Shown piece by piece: positions 8,166-15,928 of a stretch of DNA of 64,000 nt. Positions within the stretch are counted from its first letter, which is position 1. Every line of letters starts with the position of its first letter. The notes beneath the pieces were generated by a model. It saw only the letters and a list, made by a program, of their open reading frames with translations. It was not told the origin of the DNA and made no database searches. The translations under genes were made by a program, and so were the position numbers. Source of the DNA: Candidatus Atabeyarchaeum deiterrae (GTDB lineage: Archaea > Asgardarchaeota > Atabeyarchaeia > Atabeyarchaeales > Atabeyarchaeaceae); the NCBI GenBank assembly GCA_037310415.1, contig CP147780.1:2016001-2080000 (forward strand), read 5' to 3'.

Positions 8166-8193
8166 TTTGCATATAAGTCGGCTTATGTGAATG
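8166..8193. other. dif-like Xer recombination site A: TTTGCATATAA-GTCGGC-TTATGTGAATG
   Basis: 11-6-11 layout with inner ATAA/TTAT, as in E. coli dif (GGTGCGCATAA-TGTATA-TTATGTTAAAT); sits exactly at the provirus/island junction. Confidence 0.75.
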
Positions 8194-8347
8194 ATGCGAG
8201 ATGACAGTTTCGCGGCTGCTATCAGCTATGAACGGAGTTAGCTCCGCGGACTGACATCACAAAACACATGTCAAAAAGATCACTAGTTCCGTTTCGAGGC
8301 ATTCTTCGTCGAGGATGAAAACTTGACGTTCGATACTCCTTACGAGT

Positions 8348-9406
8348 TCAGGATCTCTTCGTCAGCACTGCCACGTAACCATGCTTTGGATTTCGCTTTT
8401 TTTCAACAATAAATGACCATTCTCTCTGCTTTGAATATAGCTTCGCATCTTCCAACGCCTTGGACACAAGCCTTGCAAGCACAACGTTGTTGCCCCTGGC
8501 AAGTACATAGATCGCTTCGATGCCATCCTTCGAACACTGAGAAGCCTGTTTAATGTAACGCGTCGCATCAAAACCAGTCGACATGCGTGCTACCGGCATG
8601 AGGTTCAAGCTAATCACCCTGCCCTTGAGCTTGAGTTGAACCTCCTCCTCTTTTTCTCTTTCTTCGAAGGTTTTAAGCAATAACACAAGATCACTCGTCT
8701 CTTTTTCTGAATGAATGTCGGACCGTGCAGGAGATAACTTTGCATCCAACTTCGATAGCTCCTGAAGTAGAACTCTTGTGAAGTGCCCTTGTTCGTCCAT
8801 TTTATCCATCGCGGGAACATAGTCTCTGATGAGCTGAGCTTTCTGTGCCTCAGGTTCCATGAACTCCTCGCTAAGGCAATCCAAAGCGTCAATATTCTCA
8901 TCGAGCATGAGCATTTTTCTTACTACCTCGAACGTTACAGACTTCATGACCGTCCTGTCTATAAACCTTCGCGATCGCTGCAGCAAATCCTCCCTAACAT
9001 AGAATAATGCCGCCCTCGCAATGTTTCTTGATTCATTGTCACTGGGCTCTAGACAGACTATGATTTTCCCGTCCTTCAGAAATGAGTCTCTGTCTATTGG
9101 TTTTGCCCACTTGATCTTCAGTCCATGTGGAAGGAGAAGAACTCCTTCCTTGTTGATCTTTCTGGAGGCGGAGCCTATTGTGCTCTCCAGGCGTGTTTGC
9201 ACTGCTTTTTTCTCAAACCAGAAATTGACGCCTCGAAGCAACTTATAGACAGAAGCCATAAGATTTCTATCGGGATCAGCAATGACAATGACAAGAATCG
9301 CTGAAATGAAAGCCGGAAGCAGACCAATAGTGCCAAGATACCAGACGAAAAACGCGAAACAAGCTACGATAATGACCGCTGCTATGATCGCTTTCCTAAC
9401 AGCCAT
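8348..9406 (-). CDS. Hypothetical protein with N-terminal TM hairpin and large cytoplasmic domain
   Basis: Likely ATG at 9406 (MAVRKAIIAA...), overlapping the upstream small gene. Confidence 0.7.
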   Translation of the reverse strand: MAVRKAIIAAVIIVACFAFFVWYLGTIGLLPAFISAILVIVIADPDRNLMASVYKLLRGVNFWFEKKAVQTRLESTIGSASRKINKEGVLLLPHGLKIKWAKPIDRDSFLKDGKIIVCLEPSDNESRNIARAALFYVREDLLQRSRRFIDRTVMKSVTFEVVRKMLMLDENIDALDCLSEEFMEPEAQKAQLIRDYVPAMDKMDEQGHFTRVLLQELSKLDAKLSPARSDIHSEKETSDLVLLLKTFEEREKEEEVQLKLKGRVISLNLMPVARMSTGFDATRYIKQASQCSKDGIEAIYVLARGNNVVLARLVSKALEDAKLYSKQREWSFIVEKKRNPKHGYVAVLTKRS

Positions 9407-9641
9407 GTATAGACTCTCCCATAGTGAGCCTTTCCATTTCGAAGATGCACTCAGCCTCAGTACAGCACACGAGGATATCACTTGGAGAAGGAATAATGAA
9501 ACCAATGTTGACCACAGAGACTTTGCAGCCACAAACTGAACACCTCAGCTTGCCTTTTCTCAGCTTGCCGAACAGTCCTAATTCTCTTAGCAAGCCCTCC
9601 AGTCTTTTTCTATGAACTGCAAGTATCTCAGCTTTGTCCAT
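9396..9641 (-). CDS. Small Zn-binding protein
   Basis: ATG at 9641 (MDKAEILAVH...); CSVCG...CC...EC. Confidence 0.7.
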   Translation of the reverse strand: MDKAEILAVHRKRLEGLLRELGLFGKLRKGKLRCSVCGCKVSVVNIGFIIPSPSDILVCCTEAECIFEMERLTMGESIHGC

Positions 9642-10105
9642 ATCCCCTACCCCGTCATTTAGGCTGAGATTAGGCAATAAAAACCTTGCCATCAGGCTGC
9701 GATCCCCGCAAACCGTACGATAGGGATATGCAACTGAACCAGTACCATACACCACTCGCTTATCCGCGTCGTGGCAGTCGTCATGCACTCGTCACCAGAA
9801 GAAGACATGATTCTGGTTTTGATGAAATGATACTTCGCTCCAAGGAAGGATCTTTGCTGGTTCCAGAGGCGATGTCGCTTTTATGGGCTAGACGCAGCGA
9901 CGAGAAGAAAGCTTAAAACTGAGTTGAGGGGTTGTTAAATGAAGTCGGAGCCACCTCGAAATCGCGCTCCGAGCACAGAAGGTAGATTTGAACAAAAACT
10001 GTGGAAAGTGGCATCGACAGCAGCAGGGTACTTTGAATTGCGGGAATAGTCCCACAGATCTTGCCAGACTCTCTCCAGAGGATCTGACTGAGTATCAGTT
10101 CCTCT

Positions 10106-11086
10106 CTAGGACATTCTTTCTGTTATCATGTCCGATAGCCTCTTAACGTCCTTGGGGATTTTCTTGATATTCCTGACGATGAGTCGCTTGACAAACCAGT
10201 TGGGCGCAGGTAGTCCTTTAGACATGAAAAGTAAGGCGATCAGCCTCTTTGGATCCGTTTCCTTCGTCGAATCGTAAAATGCGCGAACCTCTCCTTCGCT
10301 CACCACAAGTGTTCGAGCTAAGGCCTTCGGATCAGCCAGGTAACCATCGATGTTTCTTCTTGACCACACAAAGATCTCCTCGTCTCTTGCACCAGCATTC
10401 TTCAGTTCCGTTATCCTGCTCTCTCTATCAGTGTCAGGATCGGCGACGAAAACCAATGGAAAAGAAGCTTCGAGCGCTCTGAGTTGCCGTATGCACGCTT
10501 TCAATTCATTTATTCCGTTCGCTCCCCAAATGAGAAGGTTGCCCATGTCCAAGCCAGTTTTTGCTAGAAATTCCTTCAAAACCCAGAAATCTTCTTTACC
10601 TTCCACTATGATCCTGCACTTCTGAGCTACGAGTACCTCTTCCCATTCTGTCTCTTCATCGGAAGGTTCGTAAAGCTTGCCAATCTGTTTCGCCACATGC
10701 TTTAATCCGTTGATAAAGTAAGGTCTGCAATTGTCCATTTCCTCAGCCTCTATATAACACCAGCTGCATGCGTACTCATTAAGCAGGAACTTCGTGTGCA
10801 TGTCTTGGTCACAGTTACTACACTTGCCATAGTACTCACATATGAAAAATGTCTCAGTTCCCATTTCTCTTTCGTCTTCTTCGACAACCTCCGCTCCATC
10901 AAGGGAGAGTATGAGGCTAGGTTGATTACAGTTAATGCACCGAACCGATGCAAGCACACCTTTGACCTCATCCTCAATTGGGCCATCATATCCGTATCCA
11001 ACTCCCACACCAGACTTTGAGTTAAGTCTTAATGCCGCCCCCTTGAGTATCAAATAAACAACGTCTTTCTCTGCCTTTTTCATCAT
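10106..11086 (-). CDS. Zn-ribbon + OLD-like TOPRIM domain protein
   Basis: CINC and CSNC in the N-terminal half; IIVEGKED and VADPD (DxD) TOPRIM motifs in the C-terminal half. Confidence 0.7.
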   Translation of the reverse strand: MMKKAEKDVVYLILKGAALRLNSKSGVGVGYGYDGPIEDEVKGVLASVRCINCNQPSLILSLDGAEVVEEDEREMGTETFFICEYYGKCSNCDQDMHTKFLLNEYACSWCYIEAEEMDNCRPYFINGLKHVAKQIGKLYEPSDEETEWEEVLVAQKCRIIVEGKEDFWVLKEFLAKTGLDMGNLLIWGANGINELKACIRQLRALEASFPLVFVADPDTDRESRITELKNAGARDEEIFVWSRRNIDGYLADPKALARTLVVSEGEVRAFYDSTKETDPKRLIALLFMSKGLPAPNWFVKRLIVRNIKKIPKDVKRLSDMITERMS

Positions 11087-11149
11087 ACCTCACTTCCGAC
11101 ATACGCCATACGTCTTGCCATGCTCGTTACTACTGACAATCTCAAGCTC

Positions 11150-12436
11150 CTACTTCGCTGCTGATGAAAACATCTTAGGTAGAGATTTCTGCTCGATGAT
11201 AGTTCTGATCTCATCCACAAACCTTCTGCATTCGGTCAGAAGATCACCACTCGTTTTCCTAGTCAAGTCTATGACCCTGCAAGCAAGTATGACATCGTGT
11301 TTAAGAGACTTCTCGTAGCTGATTTGCATTTCGCTCATAGGATAAACAAGAACACCGATCGGAACCTTCTTCACCGGCATCATACAATAAGTAAAAATCT
11401 GTCTAGCATCTTGGGTGCTGGGATCAGCTTGTTCTTCATCATCATCTTGCAAGCGTTTATATTTCGCATCAAGAACTAGAACATCTATCCCATCTTTTGA
11501 TATCTTTACGTCGGGCTCTTGGATCATATCTCCTTCAAGATCAAGAGCGTACGGCGGATTACCTTCTTTGGCCGCCCTAACGCCGTAGTCTCGCAGGTTC
11601 TCCCTCAAGCAACAAAACACAAAGTCCTGAAACAATTGATCCATGTTAATGAGAAACGAAGAATAGGGAATCTCACCGATCTCCTCAAGATTGAGGGTGA
11701 CGTTGTCGATTATTAGCCGGCTTAGATTCACAATCGGCCTATAGTGTTCGTTTAGCCTATTGTATTGCACGTGAGGGAAATCCTTGCTATCGATTACTAC
11801 GAAGGACGCGGACTCAAAGAAATAAAAGATTTCCTTTGCCTTGTTTCTAAGCTCACTGTTTTGAAGAGGCATCCGCGATATGTAGCTGAGTGCGTATTTG
11901 ATTATCCGGTTCTCGACCGTGTCAGATGTGAAGTCTGAGAAGGAGCAGAAAATCCTGTGTCTCAAGACTGAATTTCTTCTAATGTCCTCTTGAATTAACA
12001 CTCTGCCCGAGACATGATTGAGATTCTCATCATTTTCAACATACGCTTTGGAAATGCCCCTCCTTGCAAGATGTCCGACATCTTCGAGGAATCTCTCAAT
12101 TATCAACTCGAAGATCTCTTGCTCTCTCATGTACTCCGATTCGTTCTTCCCGAAATCGGGTATGCCGTTAGTGTACAAAAGCATAAAAAAGAAGCTCAGA
12201 TTGGGAACCTTTGGCCTAATGATAATGCGATGATGAGGGAGAGCGATATTCCCAACGTATTGTCTTGCTTTCAATAAACACTTGCCTTCTGGAGTCACGT
12301 AGGCTTCTATTTTGTTCTTAAATCGGTTGGCGAGAATCTCGAATTCATCTTTGCTTAACTCAACGATCTCGGGTGGTCCTCGCTCTTTCAATTCCACGAC
12401 GAATGGTGCCTTTTCCACAGCAGTTGTTCGGAGCAT
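11150..12436 (-). CDS. mcrC: McrC-family PD-(D/E)xK nuclease
   Basis: YVG.I, ENRIIK, FLINMDQLFQDFV, EPD...LDAKYK, DARQIFTY; directly downstream of mcrB. Confidence 0.9.
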   Translation of the reverse strand: MLRTTAVEKAPFVVELKERGPPEIVELSKDEFEILANRFKNKIEAYVTPEGKCLLKARQYVGNIALPHHRIIIRPKVPNLSFFFMLLYTNGIPDFGKNESEYMREQEIFELIIERFLEDVGHLARRGISKAYVENDENLNHVSGRVLIQEDIRRNSVLRHRIFCSFSDFTSDTVENRIIKYALSYISRMPLQNSELRNKAKEIFYFFESASFVVIDSKDFPHVQYNRLNEHYRPIVNLSRLIIDNVTLNLEEIGEIPYSSFLINMDQLFQDFVFCCLRENLRDYGVRAAKEGNPPYALDLEGDMIQEPDVKISKDGIDVLVLDAKYKRLQDDDEEQADPSTQDARQIFTYCMMPVKKVPIGVLVYPMSEMQISYEKSLKHDVILACRVIDLTRKTSGDLLTECRRFVDEIRTIIEQKSLPKMFSSAAK

Positions 12437-12442
12437 ATTCTA

Positions 12443-14650
12443 CTAACCAGCGTTCGGCTCCTTGGCGATTGCATGAATGGCAGTGAGCACTTCATCAAAG
12501 ATCTTCTGAAAGCTATTGACAGTATCCTCGGCGTCAAAGTAATACTCTTCGAGCAAGGGCTTTATGTTGTGCGTCCACGTGTCTTGGAGTTTCCTTTTGT
12601 CAAGCTTCTCCAGCATGAAATAGCTGTGGCCGATTTGGAAGTGCTTTCCTAGTTTGGGATCTCCCTTAATCTTCTGGTTCAGCTTCTCGAAGAGATCCAC
12701 TACTATATTCTTATCAATGAGTGAGGGGTTCTTTTCAAGCCACGCTGACAATACCTGTCGGTCAGGCATGAATTCCTTGAAAGCAAACCTTCTGCGCAGG
12801 GCATAATCAACCAAAGCGATAGAGCGGTCAGCACTGTTCATTGTTCCGATGACATAAAGATTGCTAGGCAGAAAGAAATACTCATGAGAATAGGGCAATA
12901 ACACTCTGTTCCTTTCTCCACGATATTCGAGGCAATATATTAGCTCCCCGAAGATCTTCGCAAGATTTCCCCTGTTTATTTCATCTATAACGATTACGAA
13001 TTTTCGATTTGGATTTCTTATCGCCTCGCTGCAAACACTCTTCAATATCCCGTCACAGACCTCGTAAGAGATCTGTTTTTCGGAAGTGATACTTGGTCTG
13101 ATTCCCTCCACGAAGTCCTCATAACAGTAACTCGGATGAAACTGAACCAGTTCTGTTCTTCCTCCATCTCGTGCAAAATACCGTGCAAACTCGGTTGCAA
13201 CAAGGGTTTTACCAGTGCCGGGCGGACCGTAGAGAATAAGTTGCTTCTTCTCCTCGAGTAGGCGCTCAATTTGAACAAGGAAATCCTTCGACAGCATGGT
13301 TTCGTCTGAAAGCTGCTCAAGGGTAGTTGTGGCCGCCGCCCCAGCCTCAGTAGCTTGGGTTGACTCTCCAACAATCAACGAATACACTGGATAGAGTTGG
13401 CTGAATGTCTTGGTCACCAACTCTGTGATTCCTGGACCCGCAGAAATAGCGTCATCCTTGCTGAGAAACCTCCCTATGTGTATGTGAGTGTCTGTATCGG
13501 CTAAGTGATTAATGAAGTTGTCCATATCCTGGGGAAGTAGCGCTGACGGATCTGCCTTGAGGGTGTATCCTCCATGCAGCTCAATCGTGTCTTCAACAAG
13601 ATGTGCCACCAACTTCTGGAAGGCATCTCTATTGTTTTGTATGTTTTCTTTTACGATTTTCATTCTTGCCTCTGAAGCCTTTCCATCTATCCATATGTCG
13701 ATGCTCAGCTTATGTGAATTCACAACATTGATGCCGACCTGAAATTGAACCCCTTGTTGTGCTCTCTCGAATTTTGGATGCGCTAACCCTAGCCACATGT
13801 GATGTCTATATGGAGGATTCTTTTCGCCTCGCTTAGGCTGCTGATTGGGTCTTGCGGAGTATGCCTTGAAGTTGTCAAACTTGCTGTCCAGCTTGGACTT
13901 TATGACATTTAAGAGTATTTTGAACCTTTCACTGAGATAAACCGCATCATCTTTCTTTCCGGTGCAAGAATCAAAGTCTTTTTCTTCGAAGGCAAAATCG
14001 GCAGTCTTAGTCTTGACTGGAACTTCTGTCCTTGGCAGAAATCCTTCTCTTCCAGTGAGATTTTCAAACTCATCAATGAACCATATGAAGTGATCAACGC
14101 GATCTAGATCTGGGAAGCCATAGGCTTTCTTAATAACATTTTCAAACTCGGTGTACTTCTTGACCTGATCGCCAAAAGACTCTGAATCAAACTGGAGTTG
14201 TACTCCAAGCCGTTCACTGAGATTGTGTGTCCTCTTGTTGACAAGAGCGACACCTGCGTCAGGTATGATGGCACATACAAGCTCAGACAATCTGCTGCGA
14301 CCCAATCCCTTCAAGCGATACTTCGGATCTGAACAAGTTGCATCGATTCGGGTGAACAGGTCTCCCTCGCCAAAGAACAGAAACTTGAAGGTGCCGCGAA
14401 TTCTTGAGATATCGTTTTCCTTCGTGAGTTCTTCGCCAAACCTTGTACCTACCCCCCATAGTCTTGCGAACACGTTGTTCACGTCTTCTTTAGACAATGT
14501 GCTGACTGTCTTCTGATTAACGATATCTCTGAACCATTCTTTACGCTTGTTTCTTTCCTCAATATCTTGGGAAAGCTTTGGCCAATTCTTGAATTCAGAG
14601 AAATAGAGATCAAGAGCCTTTCTTTGTTGCTCATTAAGCTCCATAGACAT
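12443..14650 (-). CDS. mcrB: McrB-family AAA+ GTPase with long N-terminal recognition region
   Basis: GPPGTGKT, VQFHPSYCYEDFVEG, IDEINRGN, GTMNSADRSIALVDYALRRRF, IGHSYF. Confidence 0.92.
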   Translation of the reverse strand: MSMELNEQQRKALDLYFSEFKNWPKLSQDIEERNKRKEWFRDIVNQKTVSTLSKEDVNNVFARLWGVGTRFGEELTKENDISRIRGTFKFLFFGEGDLFTRIDATCSDPKYRLKGLGRSRLSELVCAIIPDAGVALVNKRTHNLSERLGVQLQFDSESFGDQVKKYTEFENVIKKAYGFPDLDRVDHFIWFIDEFENLTGREGFLPRTEVPVKTKTADFAFEEKDFDSCTGKKDDAVYLSERFKILLNVIKSKLDSKFDNFKAYSARPNQQPKRGEKNPPYRHHMWLGLAHPKFERAQQGVQFQVGINVVNSHKLSIDIWIDGKASEARMKIVKENIQNNRDAFQKLVAHLVEDTIELHGGYTLKADPSALLPQDMDNFINHLADTDTHIHIGRFLSKDDAISAGPGITELVTKTFSQLYPVYSLIVGESTQATEAGAAATTTLEQLSDETMLSKDFLVQIERLLEEKKQLILYGPPGTGKTLVATEFARYFARDGGRTELVQFHPSYCYEDFVEGIRPSITSEKQISYEVCDGILKSVCSEAIRNPNRKFVIVIDEINRGNLAKIFGELIYCLEYRGERNRVLLPYSHEYFFLPSNLYVIGTMNSADRSIALVDYALRRRFAFKEFMPDRQVLSAWLEKNPSLIDKNIVVDLFEKLNQKIKGDPKLGKHFQIGHSYFMLEKLDKRKLQDTWTHNIKPLLEEYYFDAEDTVNSFQKIFDEVLTAIHAIAKEPNAG

Positions 14651-14737
14651 TCAACCTCACAGTAACCAACAAGACGATCGGTGGCGGCATTAGGAAGAAG
14701 CAATGAAGGATCGGGTCACACTTTGGATAATACTCGG

Positions 14738-15343
14738 CTATTTTTCTCCTGCCACGATTTTCCCTATTTGCCTGCTTATCTCATGCAACTCAACACGCTT
14801 CTTGCGAAGGTCTTCTCTGAGCGTGTTTATTATTTTTAGTCTTCTCTCCTGCTCATCAACCGGCGGTATCGGAACAATGACGTTTTTCAGGTCAGACACT
14901 CTAGCATAGCGAATGGCAGAGCCCGTTGCGAGCGAGGCAAACTGATCCTGAACTACCTCTGTCGCCAGAGCACTGCAAAGATAATCAGGATTTGCGACCG
15001 TCTCATCAACTCTCAGTACAATCAAATTCGGTCCGGCAATTGCCTCTTCAAATTCTCTTGTCACTAATGCCACCTTACCCACAGTGCCAGTAATCGAGAG
15101 AAGTACATCGCCATTTCTCAGAATAGCCTCGTTCGTCCTGAGGAATCCAGGATGCACGTACTTCAGCTTGAAACCTGTAATTATGCCATCATTCAGATCT
15201 GAGACGCGTACGTAGGGCGAGGAACCCTCAACGCGCTTGTCTGAAACTTGCTTAGGTGGAACGGAAATTCCTCTAATAAACTCCTTGACTATCTCATCAA
15301 GCCTCTTACCCTCAAGAGTCTTCGCTGCTTTGGAGCCAGACAC
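14738..15343 (-). CDS. Stand-alone single-TRD type I specificity subunit (half HsdS)
   Basis: PYVRVSDL, GDVLLSITGTVGKVA, ATGSA, VPIPPVDEQERR followed by one coiled-coil. Confidence 0.8.
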   Translation of the reverse strand: MSGSKAAKTLEGKRLDEIVKEFIRGISVPPKQVSDKRVEGSSPYVRVSDLNDGIITGFKLKYVHPGFLRTNEAILRNGDVLLSITGTVGKVALVTREFEEAIAGPNLIVLRVDETVANPDYLCSALATEVVQDQFASLATGSAIRYARVSDLKNVIVPIPPVDEQERRLKIINTLREDLRKKRVELHEISRQIGKIVAGEK

Positions 15344-15928
15344 CGGAACCCCTCCATGTCTTTTTTGTGTCTGCTTAACGCGTTGACGAAAAGCAGGCTA
15401 AGAATGATCACACCATAACTAGTTTCCACGGAGAATATACCTCTTATGGAAGGATTGCGAGCTTCTCAACCCTCTTTCTTATCTCCCGTCCAGAGGAGTA
15501 CAGGAAGAGGACTAGTGTCTATTCATCCTATGTCTACATCTCATATTGCCAAGCAAGCCTTTCCGTCCGCGTTGCGGATTTCCCACGCATAGAGTTGGAA
15601 TGAACTCCTATCTTGATTAAGCTTAAATGAATCATCATCTCATAAGATAACAGGCGAATAAGATCGCAGCTTGAAGACAAGCTACTCTGCATATCCGAAG
15701 GAGGCTGTAGGGAGGCCCAAGTGCGCATCCTCGAGATCGGTGCCAAGCGCTTAGCTATTTGAATTTGGGAACCTTGCCAGAATGCTCTGAACTGCCTTGA
15801 GGTCGTAAGCGAATGAGCTGCTCACGATTCCCTTCGCGAGCAAGAAGCTGTGGTAGTTGGTGGCGAAGGCCTTGCGGAATCGTCCAAATGTGAGAATGCG
15901 ACAGTCGGAATCTGAAATTCCGGCTGGA

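Larger units (their letters stand above)
1..8193. mobile_element. Provirus (left end outside window): rolling-circle, membrane-protein-rich virus (pleolipo-/ino-/spindle-virus-like organisation)
   Basis: Dense overlapping small ORFs. The + strand carries a TM-rich operon with a pI/Zot-like ATPase; the - strand carries an operon with a Rep_trans-like Rep, HNH and small Zn-finger proteins. There is a hairpin-rich intergenic region, and gene content changes abruptly at the dif-like site 8166-8193. Confidence 0.75.
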
